DNA of 64,000 nucleotides from Vicugna vicugna (taxonomy: Eukaryota), in contig MU058636.1 of assembly GCA_013265495.1 (NCBI GenBank), positions 9,502,176 to 9,566,175 of the forward strand, in the 5' to 3' direction. Every line of letters starts with the position of its first letter. The first letter of the stretch is position 1. Under the pieces are notes generated by a model. The model did no database searches. It worked only from the letters and a program-made list of their open reading frames with translations, and was not told the DNA's origin. Made by a program: the position numbers and the translations under genes. Positions 24,790-37,420 of this stretch are shown one piece after another.

Positions 24790-25173
24790 GTTTGTTTGCT
24801 AGGACTGCCATAACGAAGTGCCTCAGACGGGGTGGCTCAAACACAGAAATCCCTTTCCTTATGCTTCTGGAGGCTGAGAGTCCAAGGTCAAGATGTTGGC
24901 AGGGCTGGTTTCTTCGAAGGGCTCCCTCCTTGGCCTGTAGGTGGCTGTCTTCTCCCTGGGTCTTCACATGGTCTCTCCTGTGTGTGTCTGTGTCCTGATC
25001 TTTTCTTGTTATAAGGACATCAGTCATACTGAGTTAGGGCCCACTCTAATAACCTCATTTTCAACTTAGTTATTTCTTTAAAAACCCTATCTCCAGACAC
25101 AGTCACATTGTGACGTTCTGGGGGTTAGGACTTCAGTGTATGAATTTGGGGGAGATAAAATTAAGCCCTAATA
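24790..25173 (-). mobile_element. MLT1B-like (ERVL-MaLR) LTR
   Basis: 'gctaggactgccataac...ttctggaggctgagagtccaaggtcaag...ttagggcccactcta...ggggttaggacttca...gaatttggggg'. Confidence 0.9.
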
Positions 25174-25829
25174 CCCACATTCTTAATTCTAATGCTTAAA
25201 ACATACTCAAGAAAGAGCATATTATTTTACATTTTTATCTGCTGTCATACATGCAACCAAAAGCCAAGATAAAAATACACAATTTCATATTCAGTGTACC
25301 TGGCCTCTTTAAAATCAGCAGAAATCAACTGGCTAATAATGTAAATGAATGAATTAAAATTAATTCAACTACAACTAAGATCTCACGTTGTTCTCATCAA
25401 CTTGGGAGAATAAAAGAACTTACATTTTCCCCTAAGCCCAGGTTTTCTCTTCCCAGATATTTCATTTCAGGCTGGTTCACACAGACATGCCTTCTTCTCC
25501 TAAACATTCTTGGTGCAAATTAAAAAGAAAAAGGAATGTCTACCTCAGGGAGGATGAGATGGAAATAAGAGGTTAAATGAATGGTTTAAAATCAACCATG
25601 TATAGATGTTATCAATCTCAAAACATCCTAGGAATCACAGCTATTTCCGCATCACATGGTATGGGACGTGAGTAGAACACAGTTGTCATTAGAACTCTTC
25701 ATGGAATTCAGAACATAACGGGCATCAGGATTTTATCAAGTGAAACCTCGCCTGAAGGCCTACTATGAGTAAAGGATGGTGCAAGATCTTAAAAGAGACT
25801 GAGTGAAACACTACCGAAAGAAGTGAGTT

Positions 25830-26145
25830 TTTTTAGCTTGGTGGATAAAAGATTTACTAGAGCTTTGAGAACTGTCCAAAAGACAGGAGGGCTCTCCGGC
25901 AGAAGATGGCTTCAATTTATTCTCAGAGGCTCAGGATGCAGTTTGAGCAATTGGATCAACTCTTGAGAGGCTGATTTTGGCTAAAAGGAAGAGGAAGTGC
26001 CTAACAGAACTATCCAGTAACTTGGGGGTAGTGAGTCCCTCTCACTGAACATACTCAGCTCGAGGGTTGGGGGTGCCGGGGAAGGATGTGTGTGGTGGGT
26101 GGAGAATACACCGCTTCCTTGGGTCCTTCCAAATCTGAGACTCTT
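25830..26145 (+). mobile_element. L3/CR1 LINE 3' relic
   Basis: 'tttagcttgg...ggtagtgagtccctctcactgaa...ggtccttccaaatctgagactct' resembles the CR1/L3 3' end. Confidence 0.6.
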
Positions 26146-26458
26146 CCATTAGGTTCGTTCCCTCTAAAGGTTTCCAGTGATAGGCTGAACGACAGTATCT
26201 GTCGGCCTTCCTGCATTACCTAAATAATATTTTGTCTACAGTATAAATAAAAAGATTATCACCTATTCAAGGATGCATTTCCCCACTATCACAAAGGAGT
26301 TATCCAGTTTCTCCTGTCTTTATCCATCTTGTTAAGAATCTGTGCCCATCCCTCCCTCTTCCCTCTGCCACTAAACTCAGATCAAGCCCACGTTCAAAAC
26401 TGGCCACCTAGTCATGGAGGTGACCCAGCAAGAACCATCTCTCTACGGACAAAGTTAC

Positions 26459-26685
26459 CCTGCACATATCACCATAGGAAATAGAATTGAAATAACATAG
26501 CTTCACTCTGCACCAGGCCTTCTGCATCGTCTTCATGCTCTTTATTACAGTACAACTTTCTGGGTAACAACATGAAGGTTTCCAGTATTCAGCAACTGAA
26601 TTCATGGATTTCATATTCCCATTCCACAACCAACAGGGCAGTTCAGAGCTTTGATTTTGGACGCCCCCTCCACAAAAGGCATAAA
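26459..26685 (-). other. Candidate 227-nt exon (unverified)
   Basis: Acceptor 'ttttattttcatttgtag|', donor 'AGG|gtaact'; one frame open throughout; no recognisable protein. Confidence 0.2.
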
Positions 26686-27984
26686 CTACAAATGAAAATA
26701 AAATATATATGAAAACGGACCTGTTGTTACTCTGGCTGGTACCTTTGCCAAGTTTTTAACGAGGGGGTAGGATCCTCGTGGTTGGTGGCAAACGCGATGA
26801 CCAACCGTGAGAAAGGACCTCAGGGGCACAAGGCCAGCGGGAGGGACACCGAAGAGAAGAGAGGAAGCGTCTGTCATAGTTCAGTTCCATCTGATTTCAC
26901 ACTCTGCTGAGCAGTGGAAACCGAAGGCACCTCATTTTCTACCCAGCCAGGCTAGGACGATGACCCACCGCGAGAAACGTTTCACACTCCTCATTTATTG
27001 TATTTTATTTTCTTTTTCGCTTGTCACCCCTAAATTAATCAGGGCCAGCGTCGTTCAGATGCTTAATCAACAGAGCTCCATCATCCTGTCAGCTCCTTAA
27101 GAAGAAGCAAGTCGAGGGAAAAAAGCAGGGGTGGAGGAGGAGGGTGTGCTGGCAGAGAAGGAGGAAGGTGGGTAAGGATTGAGGGAGAGGGAGAAAGGTG
27201 TGGAGAAATAATGTGAGATCCCACATATGATCTGAAACGGAGGCAGCCGTGTAATTATAGGGCTAGCTTTTCTTTCACTTGACAGCATAAGAAAAGGAGG
27301 CGAAGAGAAGCTTTTAAATGAAACATGACATTCCCTTATTAAAGTCTGATTTCGATTTTAAATGGCTTAGTGCTTTGCAGCTTTACTTCCGCATTCTGGG
27401 TTTTCTAAGGACTAGATGTTTAATGAAAAAAAAGGAACTGCAATATTTTGGAAGAGCGTATGCACATTTCTAAACGAACAATTTCTTTATAAACATGCTT
27501 ATGTTTGTAAAAGCTGTTTATGTTCTCCAAGCAATAGCTGGGCATCTTTTGGTAAATATAAACATAAATGGGGTCTAGCTTACCGGAAAAATGCATGGTA
27601 TGCCTTTTGTTGAAAAATAACATGGTGCATAATGTGTGCAATGCATTAAGAATTTATTGCCCATTTCTGCTTCAATTCCTCCTGACTGGGGACAACCCAG
27701 AGAAACCGCCCATCCTTACAAGGCGAGCTCTGTGAGCCACAGGAGCAGTGCATGTTGGGAAGTGGAGAACCCAAACAGAAGGGCAGCGGCAGGACATTTC
27801 CTGTGCAATGAGAGGTCTAAGAAGTGTCAGGTTATATTTTCCATCTCACAGCAAAAGAGCCCTGCTTCTCTCCTTCCCATGCCCATTTTAACATCCCCTG
27901 CACCCCAGAGGACTCCAGATATTCACCCCCACCAAGAGGGAGGGAAATGACCCAATGGCTGCAGTTTGTATCTGCTTGATAAAT

Positions 27985-28180
27985 ATTGCCTAACACATAA
28001 TAATGCCTAATGACATTTTGCATATTACAAAATATTTTTATAAACATTATCTGCATTATGAGATAGATGGTACTAACCTCATTTTACAGAAAAGAAAACT
28101 GACACTCAAAGAATGCAATTCACCTACAGGTACACAGCAAATCTGAGACCCCAACCCTGGTCTCTGACTTCAGTCCAGGC
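27985..28180 (-). mobile_element. MIR SINE
   Basis: 'tatgagatagatggtact..cctcattttacagaaaagaaaactgacactcaaaga...tctctgacttc'. Confidence 0.75.
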
Positions 28181-28259
28181 TTTTCCTCTCTCCCTCCCTC
28201 CTTCCTCTTTTCTTTTCTTCTTGCCCTTTGCCCTTCCCTTCTCTTCTCTTTCCCTTTTT
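28180..28259. repeat. Polypyrimidine low-complexity tract (decayed L1 tail)
   Basis: About 80 nt almost entirely C/T, adjoining the 3' end of a minus-strand L1. Confidence 0.85.
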
Positions 28260-29235
28260 ATTAAACAGATTTACTGAGATGTAACTGACATATAAAAAGC
28301 TGAACTTACTTAAAGTGTACAATTTGATAAACTTTGATGTATATATGAAAATAAAAATATCACCGTAATTAAGATAAGAAACCAATCCATTTTCCCACCA
28401 AATTTCCTCCCGATCTTTTGTAATTCCTTCCTGTCCCATTTCCTACTCCCCTATCCCAGGAAACCCCTATTCTGCAAGTTAGTTTGAATTTTTGAGAATT
28501 TTATATAAGTGGAATTATACAGTATGCACTCTTTTTTACCTGGCTTCTTTCACTCAGCATAATTATTTTTAGATTCACCCATGTTGTCACATGTATCATA
28601 AAGTCATTCCTTTTTACTGCAGAATAATATTCCAGTGAATGGATGTACCACAATTTGTTTATCCCACCACCTGTTGATGAACATCTGGCTTGTTTCCAGG
28701 TTGGGGTGATTACAATGATAACTGCTGTAAACATTCATATACAAGTCTTTGGATGAATATATGCATCATTTCTCCTTGGTAAATTCCTAGGAGTAGAATG
28801 GCTGGGTAACATGGTATGTGTATGTTTAACTTTTTTAAGAAGCTGCCAAGTTGTTTTGCTCTTTTTTTGTTCAAATATTTTAGCCCATTTAAAATTGCTT
28901 TATTTTCTTATCATCAAGTTTTGAGTGTTTTTTAGATATTCTGGATACAAATTCTTTATTGGATATGTAATTTTCAAATATTTTCTCCCAGTGTTTTTCA
29001 AAGAACAGATGTTCTTAATTTTGACAAAGTCAGATTTAGTTATTTTTTGTTTGTTTATGAAACATGCTTTTAATGTCATATTTAAGAAATCTTAGCCTAA
29101 CACAAGGTCACGAATATTTCTTCCTAGGTTTTCTTTGAGAGGTTTTACAGTTTGGGGTTACACATCTAGAAATATAACATGTTTGGGGTTACTTCTGGTG
29201 TGAGGTATGGGCTGAAGTTTTTTTGCATATGTATA
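28255..29235 (-). mobile_element. Old L1 (L1M-type) relic
   Basis: Minus ORF 28501-28734 'MFTAVIIVITPTWKQARCSSTGGGINKLWYIHSLEYYSAVKRN...LSERSQ' resembles the L1 ORF2p C-terminus; typical antisense L1 text throughout. Confidence 0.9.
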
Positions 29236-30498
29236 TTTTCTTATATTTTTATTTCACTATTCTATATTTGACCATTTAAATTTTTTGACATTTTTGACTA
29301 TTTTAAAGCATCTTTCTATTCCAATTATTATAAGTGCTTTTTCTTTAGGAATGCCAGGATGAAGAACGAAGAAGAGATTTAAAAACACGGATAGTAAATA
29401 TAAACCAGCAAACGTTAAAGTAACAAGAAATAGAAAAGGCTCTACGAGAGAAGCTCACTGCCCTCACAGAGAATCGTGATGGAAGCCTGGAGTCCACTCA
29501 GTTGCCCATCTGCTGGTGGTTACTGACTGCTCCGCAGATGGTAAAGTGAAGGCTAACATCGTAGATGAGCACTGTTCCAGAGTCCTAAACAATGGACGTG
29601 CCTTATTAGATTGAAAAACTAAGTAACGACAGCATCACCCATTAAAGGCAGACTTAAGTCTATCAAATCATAAATTCTAAGCAGTGTTGGTTTGTAAGTA
29701 ACATGCCTCGAGTTTCCTTCATGTTCCTTTCCTTCAGTTAGAACACATGTTTTCCAGAAGTGCAACATTTTGCCCTGAGGCAAACTGGGGTGGAGAAGTC
29801 TACAGTAACTGCCAAGAGAACTGCTTGGTCCCTTTCTGGGGGCAGGTCACTAAGAACTGAAAACCCAGAAACAATTTTTTCTCCGGCTGCCCTAGGATTT
29901 TACTTTTAACATTGGGGAGTGGGGGGATGGTGGTTCCCTGGGAAATTGTATTTTTTACACAGGTCTGAAATCATTAGATCTGTAACTTGAATTCTTCACC
30001 AAACCCTATGTTATTCAAGAGATTAGCATTCACCTTTCCAGAAAAAAAGAAAGAAAAAAAAAATGAAACAGGGAAGAAAGTATCAAGTTAGGAGCCATAG
30101 GGATTAGTTGCAAGTTAAGTATCAGAAATGGATAACTTTGATTTCTGCATGGAAAAGGTAAGTAAAAGAAACAAACAAATAAAAAATACTAGAAGAGAAA
30201 AACTGCAATTTGAAATATACAGTTTAAATCTGAAATTAAATTACTGGAACTGGTATCCCTGATTATTATTTTTAAACTATTTTCTCATAAAGTATTTTAA
30301 ATACACAGAAAGTCATGGATTAATTAATATAATGGATATTTCTGAATCCATACCCTGATTTACCAAATCTTAACATTTTACCAAATTTGTTTCTTAAAAC
30401 AGCACAGGATTATAATAAAGCCATTTTTGATTAAAAATTCACAAATGAGAATGAACTGCAAAATCTTCTTAACCTTTGGAGGGTTTGGATGGAAGGCA

Positions 30499-30542
30499 GG
30501 GGTGTGGAAAGCCCGCCCAATCATGCTCTGCTATTGGCCACG
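30499..30542. promoter_or_regulatory. Promoter-like motif cluster (KLF, GC box, two inverted CCAAT boxes)
   Basis: ggggtgtgg (30499-507), cccgccc (30512-18), CCAAT (30517-21) and ATTGG (30533-37) within 45 bp of apparently non-repeat sequence. Confidence 0.35.
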
Positions 30543-31124
30543 AGAAAGACCACGCTGACCACGGTTTACGGCCAAGATGTGCTGGCTGTTGTCAGAGAAG
30601 AAATATCCTCACCATCTGTTGGCTTTGCCCTCCCCTGGCTCCTATTTCTCTTCCTTTGGAAGCACAAGGGCATTTTTTGAATATAGATGAGTAAGCCTAA
30701 AATGTTACTAACTGGAAATATTGGTTGGGAAAGTGTGTCTTGGGTTGGGTTCAATCATTTTGGATCAAATCAAATAACTTCCAGTTGGAAGTAAAAGGGA
30801 ACCACGCTTCTTAAGGTATTCATGCATTTCTGACCTAAAGCAACTCTTTCATTCTGATCATCAAGGTATAGTTGTCTTCGGCCCCCACATCTCTTCTGCT
30901 GCCACATTTGTAGCATCTTCTACGCTCAGACTTGCTTCTGGGTTATATTTCTACTTTATATCTTCCTGTGGCCTTCTTCATGTGAATCTCTCAAAATAGG
31001 CTTTAAAAGTCTTAGGAAGTAAAATTATACACAGGAAGTTCGGAGAGTGAGGAAATAAGTGCACATGTTCATTAAGATGCCTAGAAAGCTAGTTCATGGG
31101 GAAATGTGAAAATAAGAAAAGTAG

Positions 31125-31325
31125 ACTGCACTTCACTGAGTGCCCATGATGTGCTGGGCGCTGCAGTGGAAGCTTTCGTATTAGGGCATTTATTCTTCGC
31201 AATGGTTCTAGAAAGTATCGTTCCCACTTTACAGGGAGGAAACTGAGCCTCAGAGAGAATAAAATTCATTGTCCAAGGTCATACATCTCCTCAGTCAAGG
31301 AGCACACCAGGCCTTTATGATCCTG
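31125..31325 (-). mobile_element. MIR SINE
   Basis: 'cccactttacagggaggaaactgagcctcagagag...ttgtccaaggtcataca'. Confidence 0.8.
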
Positions 31326-31681
31326 GCTTTTACGATTACGGCATGTATGTGACCCTGTCCCCACTTACACTTAGGACGTATTTATTGAGTAGGTATTATG
31401 GGATCCCTACTGCACTGGTATTTTGTGGGACAAATAATACATGCAATTTAGTCTCAACAGCTTTTAGGAGACTATGCTCCATTTCTGCCAAGTAAGAGCC
31501 AAGTAATCATACAACATTGGTGATGCGGAGGAGGCCAACTGGGGATTAAGACCCTCAAGCCTAAAGGACAATCAACTTAACAAAGCTCACCCAGCTAGAG
31601 GACTAGAGTCGGGCTTTGAACTTGTCCCTTCTCCAATCTGATGCTTCACCAACATGCTGTAATGCCAAAGTATTCTTAACT

Positions 31682-31825
31682 TTCATTCATTCATTCATTC
31701 ATTCTTTCTTTCTTCAAGAAATATTAAGTACCAAGTGTGTCCCAGAGACCATGAGAGATGCTGGGGAAATAGCAAGGGAGCATCCTGGGTACGGCCCAGC
31801 CTTGCAGAGCTTACAGCTGGGTACA
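31682..31825 (-). mobile_element. L2 3' terminal fragment
   Basis: (ttca)n followed by 'aaatattaagtaccaagtgtgtccc...gagcttacag'. Confidence 0.7.
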
Positions 31826-32017
31826 GACTCCCATATTCCCCCACCGCCAACACCGCTGTCATACAGAGAATAGAGCGGCAGAACATTTGTTTCTCCTTCC
31901 TGAAGTTTAAATGATGGTTAGTTATCTATGAATATTAGCTGATTCTCATATAAATGTTTCCTTTTAACTTCCTCAGTTCCATGACTATGCTAGAAGGTGA
32001 GAAAGAATTGTTTAGAT

Positions 32018-32186
32018 CATTGGTGCTCAAACTTCGCTGTGCATTATTATCTCTCGGAAGACCTGCTAAAGAACAGATTGCTAGACTCTACCCCGGAATT
32101 TGTGATACAGAGTAGTTCAGGGATGGGACCCAAGGGTTTGCATTTCTAACAAGTTTCCAGGTGTCGGGACTCTCTGACCACCACTG
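32018..32186. mobile_element. MER5A DNA transposon
   Basis: 'cattggtgctcaaactt...cagattgct...tttgcatttctaacaagtttccaggtg...accactg'. Confidence 0.8.
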
Positions 32187-32604
32187 GTTTAGATCAACCC
32201 CAGGGTGACCAGCCTCCTGCACAGGAAACTGAGGACAGAGGGTATGACTCACATCATCTCTTACCTGTGGTGCTGAGGACCATTATTCTGATTTTACACA
32301 TGAGGAAGCCGAGGCCAGTGAAAAATCAATGGCTTGTCCAGAATAGCTATGTGCTTCCTGACTAATATTAAACGAACACAAGAGGTCAGATTTTTCCGAA
32401 CAAAACTAAAAAGGTTGTACAAAGGCTAACAGCTAGATCCTTAACGAAATTATCAAGGAATTCTCCCCTCGGTCCAATGCTGAGAACCAGTCTAGAGAAC
32501 TGATGAAAGCACCCTGAGCTCACTCTTTCCAACTTGATCCTTGAAATCCAACAATTAATCTTGAAAATTCCCACTCTTGGCCCCAACACTCAACTCAGTG
32601 GGAA

Positions 32605-32770
32605 ACTGAGTGATGAGTGAAGGATGTTTTAGACTAAAGGTCAGGAGACCCACATTCTGGTACTAAGCATCTAAACTGGCTGAATTAAAATAACTGGGTT
32701 CACTCCTTCATCTGTGAACTGAGTAATTGGAAAGATGACTTCTAAAACCCCATCAAATTCCAGTATTTTG
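32605..32770 (+). mobile_element. MIR3/MIR fragment
   Basis: 'gagtgaagga...tcaggagacc...tcatctgtgaa...gatgacttctaaa'. Confidence 0.5.
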
Positions 32771-35700
32771 CACCTCCCTCTGATCTCTCTGGTTATGAAT
32801 GAGCTAATTATTATTCATCCAAGGCTAACTGAGTGCCAGGGATGGGAGGAGGGAAAGGCACGCCCCTTGTCAACTCAGTAGAACCCCCACCTACCCAGCA
32901 GCAAAGCACAGACTAAAATGTAGAATGCATATCTACACTAATATGGAAAAAATTTAATATTCCCAAAGCTGAAGAAGACAACCAAGGACCCAACTGGTTG
33001 ATGTAAAAATTTTAATTCCAGCCGGCCAAAACCAAAACAAAAATAGTGAAGTGGTAAAGGACAGGGACGCCTATCCCCCACGTCATAATGCCACGTGTTA
33101 GGAATCAGCTCAAAGAATGTGTACGAGGAACGTGTGCGTTTTCTGGGCGTTTGCAGGAACAGACCAAATGAATCAGTAACTAGCCAGTCAGTCCTAGGCA
33201 TGGCTTGGAGAGCCTTTGGAGCCGCTGCTGTTGAACTGCATTCATCTGATCCTGATGAGACCCGAATCCCCTTTAAATGGAGTGGCTGCACTTCTAACAG
33301 CTCTGCTCAGTTCACCGGCGAAGAATCTTATTCTGTTTTACACCTGATGGTTCTTCTGACAAAACACTGTCCCTGCCTGTTAGCTCCACTTCCAAAGCAA
33401 TCCAAGCCAGGGATGAGCCCGGCTGCCTTCAAGGAGTGACGCGCCTGCAGCCACTTCTGGCTTTGCCCACTTGCCCATCAAGGGCGGAGAATTTTTTTTT
33501 TTTTTATTCCAGAAAGCAAAATAAAGCTAGAAGCACACCAAAGCTATAAATCAGTATCGGGAAACAAGGTCACGCCGTTTTACAGCACATGATCCAAATA
33601 CATGCTGTGCCAAATTGGCCTTTAGTCACTTGAAATGACATAAAATGTGCCTGGGTTGACACTTTATTTTCACCATTTGCCCTTACTGCAAGATATAGGC
33701 TGTCGCCTCCTCCTTCCTGGGAATTTTTCTCCGGCTTAACAGCTTCCTAAATGCTTCCCTTTGTTGGATAATAATTTTTAGGCGTTGCTTTAAAGCATCT
33801 TTCTCCCTTTCAAATTTATCTCTGCCCGACAGCAGAGCTGTCTGTGCTGAGGGAGGTGATTAACTGGCCATGGATTAGCCCTATATTAGCATCAACACTG
33901 CCTTCCCGGCCACCCGGACCTGTGAGTGCTGATGAGGGACCCAGGGGAGGGACACAAATGGAAGACACTGCTTAAATAAAAAGCATTATTAACTGAGAGG
34001 GGAAACCAATCATCAAAAAGTCTGCTTTCATTTAAAAAAGAATTACTATGAGTATTCCACAGGAGAGAAAAAACTGTAGCTTGAATACAGTTTTAGATGA
34101 ATTCAAACCTGAAAAGTTACATGTAATTACAGCATGCCCTTTCTTTTTATCTTGCCGCTCACTTAATATGTTTAAACTAATTTCAGCTAAGACAGTTGCG
34201 CGTTCTGGCATATCCTAGAAGGCGCAAGACTGCGGAGGCTAATTACGGGTTCCTACTGTCTAATCCTTCTGGAATAGTCTCCAAGCTGGATTCCTGCAAG
34301 CTTCACATTTGGTATCCAGGCAGACAAAGCCCTCGGCAGCAGCCACAAAAATCTAACAGCTATGCCACACTTGCAGCGCAGCCCTCGGAAACGAATGCAG
34401 AACATTTCTCTCCTGGCAAAGGCTTCATGCCCCTGAAATGAAGTCATTTATTCCCAGGCCCTCCTGCCTTCTGCCACGCCAGCCTCAAAGACCAGACAGC
34501 GCGTGACGTCTCATCCAGCCCCACACAAGCATCCTAGTGGTCAACCTGAGCGGCCCATGGCCTGATTTTGCTGGCACAGGGTAACGAATCCCTGGAGAGC
34601 AGCATCCGCCATGCAGGAGGTTATCATAATTGACCTCTGGGTGTTCCTCCTTTGCAGATAAATGATAACGCATGAGCATGCAGACTTCGCATAAAATCCC
34701 CCGGGTGTTGAAGGCCCTTAAACACAGCCAGTTCATCAGGAGAGCAACGAGGATGAGTTGGATGTTAATTAACAGATTGATGAATATGTAACATGGGATT
34801 CAACAGGGACTAAAAGAAAACTCACCTGAGCCAAGACACTGACATGCTAGATGACCTTGGCCAAGGACACGTGACCTCTGCAAGCTTCAATTAGCTGAAC
34901 AGTAGAAATGAATAAAACCAAAACCCTGATGAAAATGAGATGTTGAATTTAATTTACCAGGAGTAATTTACAACCCCAAAGACAATAATCAAAACACAAA
35001 GCTGACATCAAAAGTGCCAGCATGGGAGGGAGTTGTAGCTCTTCAGCTGGCCAGCCTATCACAGTCTCCTATATCAGCCTGTGCAGCGTTCTCTTAACGT
35101 AGCACACATTACATGACAGCGATCTAAATCTTTCATATTGAAAATACAGTGTGCTATGTTGTTTTAAGGAGAGAAGGAGGTTTAAAAAATTTTTTTTTTG
35201 ATCTCCCTACGTGATCCAAAAATAACACCGTTTCCTAGAAATTGCTTTAAAGAAACCCTACCATAGTGTTAAAGGGAAAGGCTTGCCAAGTGCTCTAAGG
35301 ATTCCAAAGAAAAATCCTGTAGACTGTAGGGGGGTAATGAGAACTTTTACACTTTTAAATTACATAATTAGTTCCTGAGTACCCGAGACTATTTAAAATG
35401 CACTTCGCTGATTGGAAAGGAAAAAAAAAATAATGAAGTACAAAGAGGATAAATGAGGATACCACTTCTTAAGTGGTGAACATTCATGGGATGGGAGGGG
35501 GAGAAAAAAAAAAAAAACAACCTATTTGCTCATGCTCCAAGCATTCAAGATTTTCAAGAGGCTCGGATGACAGAAATGCTTTTCGTGCTCTGATTTTACA
35601 AACAGAGACAGGCTCCCTGGCTCCTTTCTCTTTATTCGAAATCTGAAGTAACCTCAAGTAATCCTGGCATCAATCTTTATCACTGTAATCTCCAGTGAAG

Positions 35701-36827
35701 AGGCCAAATACATGTCTCCAGCCCAGACACTTTCCAGGTCCAAATTTGTACCCAATTTTCTTCAAGTTTCCAAAACTCCTTAAAGGTGTCTATTCTTTTC
35801 TATACCTACTAATGCAATGTGTCCCTGTTTGTCTGGGACAGTTCCAGTTGATGTCTGTTACCCTGGGGTGACTGTTCACGGTGCTTACTTGCACCCGCAC
35901 AACGGTCCAGACTAGGAGGAGGAAGGATGTGGTCGCTACATCCACAGTCCCCACCCACGCCACTCCCCACCGCCCCCGGCACCAGGCAGGCCTGGCTCAC
36001 CGTCTCTGGCTCAGACTACTCAGGCTACTGACTGGGCTTCCCACCCTCACCGCACCCTTCCCTTCCTCCAATTCATCCAGAATTGGTGGGTCCTTCCAAA
36101 GTGAAAGTCCAATCTGGTCACCTCCCTGCTTCGCTGCTCCTCCTCCCTGCTACTTTCAGAATGAAGCCCAAGCACTTGAGAGCCTGCAGCTCAAAGCCCT
36201 CCAGGACTCGGCTTCATTCTGTGACATCAACAGTGTCTTCTGGCCACAGGCACCTGTGCGCGGAGAGAGGGGAGGCGGGGAGAGACGCAAATGGAAAGAA
36301 TTGCTTAAATACAAAGCATTGTTAACTTGGAAGGAAGTGCGATGATCCTTACATTTTTGCTGAAAAAAGTACTACAAGCTGAATTTAGACAGGAGCCTCC
36401 CTACTAAAGAGTTCACTTCCCCAGATCCTGATGCCAACGTGTCAGGTCCTCAACAACTTCTTTCCTGGTAAAAGACAAGAGATCTGGGACACTCTGGCTA
36501 CCGTCCCCAGGACCTGGGTTTCCAAAACCTGTGTGGCAGACTTTTTGTATGTTTTAACAGCTTATACATTTTTAAACAACTTATATCTTGAATAACCCAG
36601 AGATGTTTTCTATCTGAAAGAGCCCTATAGAAAAATCCTTCTGAATGATAAAGGATTCTCTTATAATGTATGTTTTTCCATTCGTTAACTTCTCACCTTT
36701 ATAACTTTTCTAAATTTTTCTAAAACTTTCTGACACCTCCCACTGGACCAACCTATAAGGAATCTCAGGGTTGGAAAAGTCCCTAAAGGCCACACCTCTC
36801 TAGTGTTGATTTCAGTCCTTCTATGAT

Positions 36828-36975
36828 AGCGTTTCTCAGCCTTGGGACACATTAGAGTCACCTGGAGAGCTTTTCAAACATGCAGGTGCTCGGGCACCTC
36901 ACCTATGATTTAATGAATCAGAATCTCCAGAGAAGATGAGGCCCAACAGGTGTGTTTGCTGATGCTCCCTGAAGT
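36828..36975. mobile_element. MER5-type DNA transposon fragment
   Basis: 'agcgtttctcagccttgg..cacattagagtcacctggagagctttt...tgaatcagaatctcc'. Confidence 0.7.
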
Positions 36976-37308
36976 GGGACAATGATGAGCAGCATCCGGT
37001 CCACGATGGGACACCCAGAGAACCGACAGACCAGCAGCACCAAAGCCTATGTGGTTTCAACGTGAAAGTGAATGAACTAGGTGAAGAGCATGGGAGCTGC
37101 CTGGAAAATCAGCCCTAGTAAGTGAGAAACTATGTAAAACATGTAAATACTGTAAAATCAGGGTTTATTTCTAACAGTCTTGCTTCATACTATCCAAACT
37201 AGTCAAATTTCACATAATCCTAAAGCGATGTCTATGCATGCTAAGAACACAGTGGAGGTGAGCATATTGTCAATTTGTGTCCATGAGAAGCTGTTACGAG
37301 AAAACTGG

Positions 37309-37420
37309 GGGATGGGGGCATAGCTCAGTGGCAGGGCTGTGCTTATCAGCATGCACGAGGTCCTGGGTTCCATCCCCAGTACCTCCATTTAAACAAAAAA
37401 AAGAGAGAGAGAGAAAAAAA
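37309..37420 (+). mobile_element. Camelid tRNA-derived SINE (Vic-1-like)
   Basis: 'tagctcagtgg...agcatgcacgaggtcctgggttccatccccagtacctcc' plus A/(AG) tail; TSD aaaactgg (37301-08 / 37421-28). Confidence 0.9.

Noticed and set aside
29503..29521. CTCF-like motif (minus strand ccaccagcagatgggca)
   Set aside because: It departs from the core consensus at the GGC position; cannot be supported without matrix scoring or ChIP.
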